A stretch of 35,708 nucleotides of DNA from Bacillota bacterium (lineage in GTDB: Bacteria; Bacillota; Clostridia; Christensenellales; CAG-917). The stretch spans positions 1 through 35,708 of the forward strand of contig JAQYCY010000068.1 of the NCBI GenBank assembly GCA_028724485.1, given 5' to 3'. Positions 1 through 8,578 of this stretch are shown here, one piece after another; the stretch's first letter is position 1; every line of letters starts with the position of its first letter. The translations under genes were made by a program, and so were the position numbers. The notes under the pieces are model-generated. The model saw only the letters and a program-made list of their open reading frames with translations, made no database searches and was not told the DNA's origin.

Positions 1-2
1 GT

Positions 3-569
3 AGCGAGTCGGGCAGTCGGTTTATTATGCATATCGACGAAAGCACGCTTGTACTCAAAACGGCTTTGCTTGGCGAACATAACGTTATGAATTTAATGCT
101 TGCCGCTACTATGGCATATAAGCTGGGGATAAGCCTTGGCGAGATCGAGGATGCCATAATAAATATGAAACCTATTCCGCATAGATTGGAGCTTATTAAA
201 AGCGGCAACGTAAATATACTAGACGATACGTTCAATTGCAATCCGCAAGGGGCGGAATGTGCTTTGAACGTACTTAAAGAATTCGACGGCAGAAAAATCG
301 TTTTAACTCCGGGAATGATAGAATTAGGCGACGCAGAAAAGTCAGAAAACTATTTGCTCGGAAGAAAGATAGCGGCGGTTGCCGACAGAGCTATTCTTAT
401 TGGAGCAAACAGAACGAAACCTATATACGAAGGACTTATAAGCGGCGGTTTCAATGAAAGGGAGATATTTATTTTTGAAACGCTCGAAAAAGCGAAAAGC
501 AATTTCTCGGCTTTGCTCGGCGGCGGAGATACTTTGCTTATGTTAAACGATTTGCCGGACAATTATTGA
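3..569 (+). CDS. murF: UDP-N-acetylmuramoyl-tripeptide--D-alanyl-D-alanine ligase MurF, C-terminal part (5' end is outside the window)
   Basis: The frame is open from the window edge. Mur-ligase C-terminal motifs are present in the translation (GEHNVMNL, PHRLE, LDDTFNCNP, GMIELGD). It is directly followed by ddl. Confidence 0.85.
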   Translation, partial: SESGSRFIMHIDESTLVLKTALLGEHNVMNLMLAATMAYKLGISLGEIEDAIINMKPIPHRLELIKSGNVNILDDTFNCNPQGAECALNVLKEFDGRKIVLTPGMIELGDAEKSENYLLGRKIAAVADRAILIGANRTKPIYEGLISGGFNEREIFIFETLEKAKSNFSALLGGGDTLLMLNDLPDNY

Positions 570-619
570 TTGTAGGCGTTTAGGCAGGCGGTAAACAATA
601 TCGGTGATAAGGGGGAAAT

Positions 620-1744
620 ATGAAAAGAGTTTTGGTTTTGTTCGGCGGCGGCTCGGTAGAAAAGGACATTTCCGTCATTACGGCAATAGAGGCCATAGGA
701 AACATAGATACAAAAAAATATAAGGTCTATCCGATATATATTGCGGATAAATGGTACTTTGGAAACTTTGAAAGAATAGAACAGTTTTGCCCGTTTGACG
801 AAAAACTTTATAGACGCGTAACTTTGATTAGCGGTGAACTTTTTGAGATAAAGGGTAGCAAAATTAAAAGAATGTTCAAACCCGACGCCGCTTTGATTTG
901 CACGCACGGCGGAGTCGGCGAAAACGGCTCTCTTCAAGGACTGCTCGAAGCAAACGAAATTCCGTATACGTCGGCAGGCGTTTTGCAATCTGCGATTGGA
1001 ATGGACAAAGCCGTTTCAAAACAGATATTCGAAGGTATGATTTTGAACGTTCCGAAGTATTTTGCGATTTCAAAATCGGAATACGAGCAGGACAAACAGA
1101 AAACCGAAACCTACATAGAAACCTTCATCGATTATCCGATAGTCGTCAAGCCGTGCAGTCAGGGCAGCAGCATAGGCATAAGCGTGGCGCACGATAGGGC
1201 GGAACTTGAAAGAGGCTTGGAGCTTGCTTTTTGCTATGGCGGAAAAGCTATTGTAGAAAAGGAAATCGAAAACTTTGTCGAGGTGAATTGCGCTTGCTAT
1301 TTGAAAAACGGGCGTATTGTCGTGTCCGAAACCGAACGCCCGATAGCCGACGGCGAAATTTTGAGTTTTGCGGATAAATACGTCGGCGGTGACAAGAGCA
1401 AGGCAACGAGAATCAGCCCTGCTGACGTCGGCGATGAAATGAACGAGTTAATAAAGGCAACGTCAAAAAGAATTTATTGCGAAACGGGGCTTAGGGGCGT
1501 TGTTAGGTTCGATTATTTAGTCAGCGGCGGAAAAATTTATATTAACGAAATGAACACCGTTCCGGGCGCGCTTGCAAACTATTTGTTCAAACCTTTGGGA
1601 ATAGACTATACAAGCCTTATTTCCGACCTTATCGAAGAAGCCGACTATGAAAGCAAGAACATAAAATTCGACAGCGGCGTGCTTGCTTATTATTCGGGAA
1701 ATAAAGTCGGGGCAAAGGGGAACACGGCAAAGCCTCTTGGCTAA
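620..1744 (+). CDS. ddl: D-alanine--D-alanine ligase
   Basis: 374 aa. The N-terminus MKRVLVLFGGGSVEKDISVITA and the ATP-grasp C-terminal motifs (RFDYLV, IYINEMNTVPG) match Ddl. SD AGGGGG lies upstream of the ATG, and the gene is in murF context. Confidence 0.93.
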   Translation: MKRVLVLFGGGSVEKDISVITAIEAIGNIDTKKYKVYPIYIADKWYFGNFERIEQFCPFDEKLYRRVTLISGELFEIKGSKIKRMFKPDAALICTHGGVGENGSLQGLLEANEIPYTSAGVLQSAIGMDKAVSKQIFEGMILNVPKYFAISKSEYEQDKQKTETYIETFIDYPIVVKPCSQGSSIGISVAHDRAELERGLELAFCYGGKAIVEKEIENFVEVNCACYLKNGRIVVSETERPIADGEILSFADKYVGGDKSKATRISPADVGDEMNELIKATSKRIYCETGLRGVVRFDYLVSGGKIYINEMNTVPGALANYLFKPLGIDYTSLISDLIEEADYESKNIKFDSGVLAYYSGNKVGAKGNTAKPLG

Positions 1745-1971
1745 AATAGTAATTGTCGTGGAAAAGCAAACGGGCAACTAAAATTTAACGCTAATAAGTT
1801 TAACGATAATAATGCCTGACAGTAACTAAATTTAGCGATAACTAAATTTTGTTTTGAAATCTTAATCTGATTATCGAATTAAAAGTCGAACTTATTTATA
1901 AAATCGAATTTGTATAAAAATTATTCAGGAACTACATTTCGTTATAATCGCGAATTGTGGTTACGAAATTT

Positions 1972-2011
1972 AACGCTATGCCTGCAAATAGTTTGCGGCA
2001 TAGCGTTTTTT
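1972..2011 (+). terminator. Rho-independent terminator, about 230 nt downstream of the ddl stop
   Basis: AACGCTATGCC (1972-1982) pairs with GGCATAGCGTT (1997-2007). An inner GCAAA/TTTGC stem is present, followed by a T-run to 2011. Confidence 0.75.
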
Positions 2012-2062
2012 GTTCTGCAATTTATGCCGAACGTAAAAAAATAAAAAAGTATTCGCTATTTG

Positions 2063-2091
2063 TTGAGAAATCGCAAATAGTTTGCTAAAAT
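2063..2091 (+). promoter_or_regulatory. Sigma-A-type promoter for icd with extended -10
   Basis: -35 TTGAGA (2063-2068), 17-nt spacer, TGcTAAAAT (2083-2091). SD AGAGGTGA lies before the ATG at 2113. Confidence 0.55.
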
Positions 2092-2112
2092 TGATTTTGT
2101 TAGAGGTGACTT

Positions 2113-3312
2113 ATGAAAAAAATCGAAATGAAAAACCCTATCGTCGAAATGGACGGCGATGAAATGACGCGCATTATTTGGGCGCTCGTTAAAGATAAAC
2201 TGATTTTACCTTTCGTTGACCTTAAATCGGAATATTACGATTTGTCGCTTGTAAATCGCGAGGCGACGGGTGATAAGGTTACGATAGATGCGGCAAACGC
2301 AACAAAAAAACACCACGTTGCCGTTAAGTGCGCAACCATTACACCGAACGCACAAAGAGTTGAGGAATACAACTTGACGCAAATGTGGAAGAGTCCGAAC
2401 GGAACGATAAGGGCTATTCTTGACGGCACGGTTTTTCGCGCGCCCGTTTTGGTTAAGGGCATAACGCCGCTTATTCCTACATGGGACAAACCTATCGTAA
2501 TTGCTCGTCACGCTTACGGCGACGTTTACAAGAACGTTGAGTGCAAAGTCGCAAAAGGGGACAAGGCTTATCTTGTCGTAGAAGGCGAAAATCCATCAAA
2601 GCAACTTATTTTCGATTATGCTAAGTCGGCAGGCGTTTGCCAAGGCGTGCATAACCTTGACAGCAGTATTTCGTCATTTGCGAGAAGCTGTTTCGAATAT
2701 GCCTTATCTTTGAAGAAGGACCTTTGGTTCTCGACGAAAGACACCATTTCAAAGACGTACGACCACAATTTTAAAGATATATTTGCAGAAATTTTCGAAA
2801 ACGAATATAAAGAAAAATTCGAGAAAGCTGGAATCGAATATTTCTACACCTTAATCGACGACGCCGTTGCAAGAATAGTCAGAAGTCACGGCGGAATGAT
2901 TTGGGCTTGCAAAAACTATGACGGCGACGTTATGAGCGATATGGTGGCGACGGCTTTCGGTTCGCTTGCTATGATGACGTCCGTTCTCGTGTCGCCTGAC
3001 GGAAACTATGAGTACGAAGCGGCGCACGGAACCGTTACAAGGCATTATTATCGTCATCTTAAAGGTGAAAAGACGTCGACAAACCCTGTCGCTACGATTT
3101 TTGCATGGACGGGCGCGCTAAGAAAGCGTGGCGAAATCGACAATACTAAGGAACTTTCGGAATTTGCCGACAAACTTGAAAATGCGGTCATTCGTACGAT
3201 TGAAGAAGGCGATATGACAAAGGACCTTGCGGTGTTGTTTAAAGCCGACGGAGTGACCGTAAACGCGTTAAATACGGAAGAGTTTTTCGACGCGATAGTA
3301 AAAAGAATGTAG
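2113..3312 (+). CDS. icd: NADP-dependent isocitrate dehydrogenase, eukaryote-like (type II, IDH1/2-like) homodimeric form
   Basis: 399 aa. The N-terminus NPIVEMDGDEMTRIIW and the motifs KCATITPN, GTVFR and IIARHAYGD are typical of the IDH1-like subfamily. Confidence 0.9.
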   Translation: MKKIEMKNPIVEMDGDEMTRIIWALVKDKLILPFVDLKSEYYDLSLVNREATGDKVTIDAANATKKHHVAVKCATITPNAQRVEEYNLTQMWKSPNGTIRAILDGTVFRAPVLVKGITPLIPTWDKPIVIARHAYGDVYKNVECKVAKGDKAYLVVEGENPSKQLIFDYAKSAGVCQGVHNLDSSISSFARSCFEYALSLKKDLWFSTKDTISKTYDHNFKDIFAEIFENEYKEKFEKAGIEYFYTLIDDAVARIVRSHGGMIWACKNYDGDVMSDMVATAFGSLAMMTSVLVSPDGNYEYEAAHGTVTRHYYRHLKGEKTSTNPVATIFAWTGALRKRGEIDNTKELSEFADKLENAVIRTIEEGDMTKDLAVLFKADGVTVNALNTEEFFDAIVKRM

Positions 3313-3356
3313 TTTTACATTTCGTTTATAAGTTAATGATTTCGGATTGCATTTCA

Positions 3357-3386
3357 TTGACTTAGCTTGCGATAATGTGATATTAT
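3357..3386 (+). promoter_or_regulatory. Sigma-A-type promoter for ppa
   Basis: -35 TTGACT (3357-3362), 18-nt spacer, extended -10 TGaTATTAT (3378-3386). SD AAGGGGA lies before the ATG at 3407. Confidence 0.6.
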
Positions 3387-3406
3387 AAAAAAAAAGGGGA
3401 TTTTCA

Positions 3407-3943
3407 ATGAGTTGTATTTGGCACGACATTGAACCATCAAGGATTCAACCGACCGATTTTATAGCGGTTATCGAAATATCAAAAGGAAGTAAAAATAAAT
3501 ACGAGCTTGACAAATCGACAGGCGTACTTATTCTCGATAGAGTTCTTTATACTTCAACGCACTATCCGGCAAACTACGGATTTATTCCTAAAACGTACAG
3601 CGACGACGACGATCCACTTGACGTTCTCGTACTTTGCAGCGAACCTATAGTTCCGCTCGCAATGGTTCGTTGCTATCCGATCGGCGTCATTATGATGCAA
3701 GACGGCGGCGATATGGACTATAAGATTATCGCTATTCCGTTTAAGGATCCTACGTGGAATTGTTATAAAGAAATAGAGGAGCTTCCGCCGCACGTTATGG
3801 ACGAAATCTCGCACTTTTTCAGAGTTTACAAACAGCTTGAAGGAAAGGACACCACTGTTTTCCAAGTTAAGGACAGACAGTTTGCCGAGCTTATCATAAA
3901 AGATAACATTCACGCTTACAAAAAGAAATTTGAAATTAAATAG
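3407..3943 (+). CDS. ppa: Family I inorganic pyrophosphatase
   Basis: 178 aa with motifs IEISKGSKNKYELD, YPANYGFIP and DGDPLDVLVL-like (DDDPLDVLVL). Confidence 0.92.
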   Translation: MSCIWHDIEPSRIQPTDFIAVIEISKGSKNKYELDKSTGVLILDRVLYTSTHYPANYGFIPKTYSDDDDPLDVLVLCSEPIVPLAMVRCYPIGVIMMQDGGDMDYKIIAIPFKDPTWNCYKEIEELPPHVMDEISHFFRVYKQLEGKDTTVFQVKDRQFAELIIKDNIHAYKKKFEIK

Positions 3944-3950
3944 CAAAATT

Positions 3951-3976
3951 GCCACTTAACAAAGTGGTTTTTTTTG
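3951..3976 (+). terminator. Rho-independent terminator after ppa
   Basis: CCACTT (3952-3957) pairs with AAGTGG (3962-3967) around a 4-nt loop, followed by a T8 run. Confidence 0.7.
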
Positions 3977-4284
3977 TTTTGTACTGAATTTGTTTAACGT
4001 TATCGCCGCTTATTTTGTTTAGTGAAACAACGTTCTTCAATGCGAAACGGCATTGCGGTTATATTTGTTTGACTAAATAGTCCCTTTAACGATTGACTAT
4101 ATAGCGGTTACGTTTGTAACGATATAATCGATTTTATTCGATTTACAATATTATCGATATGTTAGATAATTATATGGCGATAATATTCGTTCAACGAAAA
4201 ATAGCGTTCGGGGTAGTATCCGTATAAACGGCTGGCTATAAACACGGAAGACAAAATAATAAAATACGACTAAAAAAACTACTT

Positions 4285-5832
4285 ATGCGCAGGCTTATGG
4301 AAGGCAAGAGTAATTCAATAAAAGACAAACTGAATATGCGACGTTTTGGCAAACGTCCGCTTGTTTTTGCCTTAATTTTTATGATTTTCGGAATTATCAT
4401 AGGAACGCTTTGCCTGAAAAGTATGGCAGGGAGAATTTCCTGCATTGTGATTTTGACGGTTTTAGTAGTATTGTTATTTATCCTTAAAAGGACGAGAAAA
4501 TTTGCGTATTTGTCGTTGATGTTTTTGGTCGGGTGGCTGTGGATTGTCGGCTCGTGCGATATTTACAATTCAAAGACAATAGAGTCGGGAAGTTTTACGC
4601 TGAGCGGCAAGGTCAAATCGGAAATTTCGGTCGGCGACCGCGTCGAATTTATGCTTGACGATATTGTTGTCGACGGCGTTAAGTATGACGGAACGGCATA
4701 CGTTTATTATTACGGAGAAGATATAGATTTTTCTAGCGGCGATTACGTTTCCGTAAACGGCGAACTGACGTCTTTTGATTACGATCCGTTTGAAGGTAAG
4801 TACGCTTCGATGATTACAAACGGAAACAGATACAGCATATTGACAAGCGATTGCGTTTTGCTCAAAAAGAGCGAGCCTGAGTTTTTGGATAAAATAAGAC
4901 TTAAAGTAAAAGAGAATTTTTATACCTACACAAGACAGGATACTGCCGATATCGCAACGGCATTGATGTTTGGCGATAAAAACTTTATTAGCGATAGTTT
5001 GTACGACGACGTAAAAGTAAGCGGTCTTGCGCATACGCTCGCCGTTTCGGGTTTGCATATCGGAATTTTCGCCGCATTTCTGAATATGATACTCAAAAAA
5101 TGCAAAGCTAAGAGCTTAATTCGCCTTATCGTTGTGGGCATAGTGCTTATGATTTATCTTGCGTTTTGCAATTTTCCCGCATCGGCGGTGAGGGCGTACG
5201 TAATGATATTATGCATAATGTTTGCAGGCGTAATCGGCGCAAAGCGAGATAACTTGTCGTCGCTTGCGCTTGCCGGCATAATTATTTTGGGATACAGTCC
5301 GCTTTCTTTATTCGCAAGCGGTTTTCAATTATCTATGTGCGCAGTGCTTGGAATTGCAATTCTGAATAAACCGATTTTGAAAGTGTTTAAACGCAAGAAT
5401 AAATTTACCGAAATAGTCACAACGTCGGTATCAACTAATTTAATGACGTATCCGATAAGCGCAGCGGCATTCGGGACTTTTCCGACTTTGTTCATCTTGT
5501 CGAATATTATAATTCTTCCTATTATGAGCGTTATGTTTATCGGCATTTTGTTTCTGACTCTGTTTACTCTGATAATTCCGCTTCCGAATATACTCGTCAT
5601 AGCCGACTATTTGCTGTTGCCGTTTAAAACCGTTGTGTTTTTATGCGGGAGCGTAGGAATAGCGAACATGAACGTGGGCGGACTCGGCGCGCTTTGTATC
5701 GGCTATTACGGAACGTTGTTTGTTTTAAGTAATCACTTTTTTGCAACAAAAGCCGCAAAAATCAAAATTTGTTTGAGTTTATGGGCTGCCTCACTGCTTT
5801 TGTTTGCTCTTTTACGTTTTTTAGCCGCCTGA
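4285..5832 (+). CDS. ComEC/Rec2-family competence channel protein, short form (DUF4131 + competence domain, no C-terminal metallo-beta-lactamase domain)
   Basis: Polytopic membrane protein with an OB-like N-terminal segment and the ComEC motif GLAHTLAVSGLHIG. The start is uncertain (ATG at 4285, 4297 or 4336) and none has a good SD. Confidence 0.8.
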   Translation: MRRLMEGKSNSIKDKLNMRRFGKRPLVFALIFMIFGIIIGTLCLKSMAGRISCIVILTVLVVLLFILKRTRKFAYLSLMFLVGWLWIVGSCDIYNSKTIESGSFTLSGKVKSEISVGDRVEFMLDDIVVDGVKYDGTAYVYYYGEDIDFSSGDYVSVNGELTSFDYDPFEGKYASMITNGNRYSILTSDCVLLKKSEPEFLDKIRLKVKENFYTYTRQDTADIATALMFGDKNFISDSLYDDVKVSGLAHTLAVSGLHIGIFAAFLNMILKKCKAKSLIRLIVVGIVLMIYLAFCNFPASAVRAYVMILCIMFAGVIGAKRDNLSSLALAGIIILGYSPLSLFASGFQLSMCAVLGIAILNKPILKVFKRKNKFTEIVTTSVSTNLMTYPISAAAFGTFPTLFILSNIIILPIMSVMFIGILFLTLFTLIIPLPNILVIADYLLLPFKTVVFLCGSVGIANMNVGGLGALCIGYYGTLFVLSNHFFATKAAKIKICLSLWAASLLLFALLRFLAA

Positions 5833-5902
5833 TAGTCGTTATGAATAAGCGAAGTTTGCGGGAAATTGTTTTTAAAATCGAAAAATCATTTTCTTATGGC
5901 TA

Positions 5903-5930
5903 TTGACTATTTTTTTATGTATGGTAAAAT
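5903..5930 (+). promoter_or_regulatory. Sigma-A-type promoter for the cytidylate-kinase-like gene
   Basis: -35 TTGACT (5903-5908), 16-nt spacer, extended -10 TGgTAAAAT (5922-5930). It overlaps the ORF-track start at 5903, which argues for the ATG at 5957. Confidence 0.6.
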
Positions 5931-5956
5931 ATAAAAAAGAGTATAGGGGGTATTGT

Positions 5957-6577
5957 ATGCAAAATTTCGTTATTACTATAGGTAGACAGTTTGGCAGTGG
6001 CGGAAAGGAAATAGGAATAGCACTTTCGGAAAGATTGGGCATCAAATGTTATGACCGCACGCTCATTGAACTTGCGGCGCAAAAGTCGGGGTTCAGTCGC
6101 GAAACTATCGAAAAGATTGACGAAAGACAATCAAACCCTTTGTTTGTTCCGATTTCGCAGGGCTACTACGGTGGCGGAATGATGAACGGAAGTTTTGAAC
6201 TTACTATGAACGACAAACTTTTCGTTATCGAATCGGATATAATTAAAAACATAGCAATAAACGAATCGGCGGTTATTGTCGGCCGTTGTTCGAACGTCGT
6301 TCTTGCAGGGATGCCGCACGTTTTGAACGTGTTCATTCACGCTCCTATGGAAGAACGTATCAAACGCATTATGGAACGTCGAGGTCTCGACGAAAAGAAA
6401 GCGGCGGAAGAAATTAAAAAAGTCGACAAAAAAAGAGCGCAATATTTTGACTTTTATACGGGTAAAAAATGGGGTGACCCTTTGGAATATCACGTTTCTC
6501 TCTCGTCGTCACTCGGCATAAACGCAATTGTCGAAACGCTCGTTATGCTTTTAAAATCGGAAAAATTTACGGGATAG
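5957..6577 (+). CDS. Cytidylate kinase-like family protein (P-loop NTPase; not canonical Cmk)
   Basis: The N-terminal P-loop-like ITIGRQFGSGGKEIG is typical of the Cytidylate_kin2 family. SD AGGGGG (5945-5950) precedes the ATG at 5957. Confidence 0.7.
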   Translation: MQNFVITIGRQFGSGGKEIGIALSERLGIKCYDRTLIELAAQKSGFSRETIEKIDERQSNPLFVPISQGYYGGGMMNGSFELTMNDKLFVIESDIIKNIAINESAVIVGRCSNVVLAGMPHVLNVFIHAPMEERIKRIMERRGLDEKKAAEEIKKVDKKRAQYFDFYTGKKWGDPLEYHVSLSSSLGINAIVETLVMLLKSEKFTG

Positions 6578-6612
6578 GGAAAAGCACTGTAAGATAGCAA
6601 CCAAGGTGAATT

Positions 6613-8418
6613 ATGAATCAATACTTTTTAATCTTTTTAGACATATTACAGCGTGATTACGTCAAGTATCCTTTACTTGCCGTTTTGGGCGTTTTAGTAT
6701 TGGTGTTCGCAATCGGCGGACTCATTCGCGACAACCTTGCAATGGCAGGGTGGGAAAAGAAACGCTTTAAACGTGTAAACGGCAGAAAAGTCGAGGTTTC
6801 GGACAACGGAAAATATATCGTCCGCGACGGCAGTTCGGCTTTTGAAATCGACACCGTTCCGACAGAGAGTATAACCGTTGCGACCGAACACATCAAGGAT
6901 ATGGACGAGGCAAAGCTCGATTATGAATATGATGACACAAACGAAGCAAACGCTTCTATGGTCGTCGATACTCCTACGATGGCTAAAAGAAAATTCGATG
7001 ACACCGAAAACGCTATCGTTCTTGAAAGTAAACCGTTCGTTTCCGGCGCGACCATTACGCCTGAATATCGTACGAGCTTTACTCCTATAGATTTGCCGAA
7101 AATTTTCCGCAATAAAAATGACGGCGAAAAGCAAATTGAACGCGTTACGCTCGGCGCAACGAGAACAGTAATTGAAACAATAAGTGCCGCCGACGTGCAG
7201 AAAGAAAAAGCCGAACAAGCGTCTTTCAATCAAAGTGCAGAGCCTGTTTTGCCTATTATCAATAAGCCTGTGACAAACGAGACGGAAAGTGTCGACACCG
7301 CCGAGTCGGCTCAAGTGCAAGAGCAAGCCGAACAATCGGCTATGCAATCGGACGGAATTATAGCCGACAGCAACAATAGCAATATGTCAGACGTTGGGGG
7401 CGACGACGATTATGCCGCAGCCGCCCAAACGCCTATAAATAGCGAACAAGCCGTAGGAGAACAAACCGAAAACACGATTACCGTGACGAATGAGGCTGAC
7501 GCCGAAAACTTGTCCGAACCTAACACGGTAAAACCGCTGTATTGTTTGAAATGTGGCGGCTTGCTCGAAGACGGAGCTAAGTTTTGTGGAAATTGCGGCG
7601 CGAAAATCGAAATTGAACAAATCGATAGTGAGCCTGTTAAAGCCGAAAATGCTTTGGCGGCAGATGGCGATAAGGATATATCGAAAGTTGAAGAAATAGC
7701 AGACGATTTTGCGAAAACCGAAAAAGACGATTTAAGCGTACAAGAAACGCAAAACGTAGAAAGCGCCGATGAACCGCAAGTCGAAACATACGATTTCGGC
7801 AGGGTTGAGTCGGTAAGCGCGAACGAAAACACAAACGAACATAAAGACGTTACGAGCAAGGAAGTTTCGGACAATTTTGCTACAAGCGAGCTTGACATGG
7901 AAACGGCTAAGCAAAATCAGTCGCAAGTAGGCGTACTGTCTGCAACAGAAAAAACCGAAAACGTTGAGGAAAATACGATAATCGAAAAACCGACGGCGGT
8001 TTTACAACCGAATGTCACGGCAAAGAAAAAAACGCCTGATTATTTAAAGAAGATGATTTCACATACGCCTGACGTGGGTGAGTTTGACGAAGCGGTTGTT
8101 TTCGGAAGATATCAGATTATGACGGCTGACGACGGCACGTTTAAGTATCGCTTATTCACAAACAAGAACGAAGCGATTTACGGACGTGGCGAGTTTGACG
8201 ATTTGAGAATTTTGCTTTCTCATATCAACAGCTTTAAACTTGCGATAAAAGAAGGCAAGTTTAAAGTGATCGGCGATTCCGACCACGGGTATAGATTTAT
8301 CTTGCGTCGTGGTGAAGCGGAATTTAAGGGTATAGTTGTTCCTACAAAGGACAAAGCCTTAAAAACTGTTGAAGAAATCAAATATTTCGGCTTGACCGAA
8401 ATCATAAGAAAAGACTGA
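6613..8418 (+). CDS. Hypothetical membrane-anchored protein: N-terminal TM helix, long acidic low-complexity region, CxxC-x10-CxxC zinc ribbon, two C-terminal YegP/DUF1508-like repeats
   Basis: TM helix YPLLAVLGVLVLVFAIGGLI is followed by a K/R cluster. The zinc ribbon is YCLKCGG...FCGNCGAKI (nt 7543-7596). The C-terminus has GRYQIMTADDGTFKYRLFTNKNEAIY and GKFKVIGDSDHGYRFILRRGEAEF, which resemble YegP repeats. SD AAGGTGA is present. Confidence 0.6.
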   Translation: MNQYFLIFLDILQRDYVKYPLLAVLGVLVLVFAIGGLIRDNLAMAGWEKKRFKRVNGRKVEVSDNGKYIVRDGSSAFEIDTVPTESITVATEHIKDMDEAKLDYEYDDTNEANASMVVDTPTMAKRKFDDTENAIVLESKPFVSGATITPEYRTSFTPIDLPKIFRNKNDGEKQIERVTLGATRTVIETISAADVQKEKAEQASFNQSAEPVLPIINKPVTNETESVDTAESAQVQEQAEQSAMQSDGIIADSNNSNMSDVGGDDDYAAAAQTPINSEQAVGEQTENTITVTNEADAENLSEPNTVKPLYCLKCGGLLEDGAKFCGNCGAKIEIEQIDSEPVKAENALAADGDKDISKVEEIADDFAKTEKDDLSVQETQNVESADEPQVETYDFGRVESVSANENTNEHKDVTSKEVSDNFATSELDMETAKQNQSQVGVLSATEKTENVEENTIIEKPTAVLQPNVTAKKKTPDYLKKMISHTPDVGEFDEAVVFGRYQIMTADDGTFKYRLFTNKNEAIYGRGEFDDLRILLSHINSFKLAIKEGKFKVIGDSDHGYRFILRRGEAEFKGIVVPTKDKALKTVEEIKYFGLTEIIRKD

Positions 8419-8446
8419 TTTAGTATTTTAAGCGATTAGCGATATT

Positions 8447-8477
8447 AAAATCACCGAGAAATCGGTGAATTTTTTTT
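8447..8477 (+). terminator. Rho-independent terminator
   Basis: TCACCGA (8451-8457), loop GAAA, TCGGTGA (8462-8468), then a T8 run. Confidence 0.8.
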
Positions 8478-8513
8478 GCCATAAAAAATTTTGCAGTTTG
8501 GTAAAAAAACTGT

Positions 8514-8541
8514 TTTACATTTTTTGGCGGTGTGCTATAAT
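8514..8541 (+). promoter_or_regulatory. Sigma-A-type promoter for the NifU-like/GGGtGRT pair
   Basis: -35 TTTACA (8514-8519), 16-nt spacer, extended -10 TGcTATAAT (8533-8541). Confidence 0.65.
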
Positions 8542-8578
8542 CTACTTATTGAGTTTAAATTTATAGATGGAGGATTCT

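Noticed and set aside
3977-4284. Possible small genes or RNA in the 300-nt spacer upstream of comEC (short ORFs of 10-22 codons, GTTACgtttGTAAC palindrome)
   Set aside because: There is no SD, no convincing promoter spacing (TTGACT to TATAAT is 24 nt apart), and no terminator-like structure beyond that of ppa. Nothing supports a call.
5903-5956. ORF-track N-terminal extension of the cytidylate-kinase-like gene, and likewise 19047-19097 for dnaB and 33933-33959 for the PanE-family gene
   Set aside because: The 5903 start lies inside the -35 box of a good promoter. In all three cases a downstream ATG has a proper SD and yields the family-typical N-terminus.
6694-7898. Antisense ORFs opposite the 601-aa gene (6694-7347, 217 aa; 7410-7898, 162 aa; others)
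   Set aside because: They are shadow ORFs opposite a low-complexity GA-rich coding region. They have no start context or motifs, and the sense frame is continuous with TM, zinc-ribbon and YegP-like elements.
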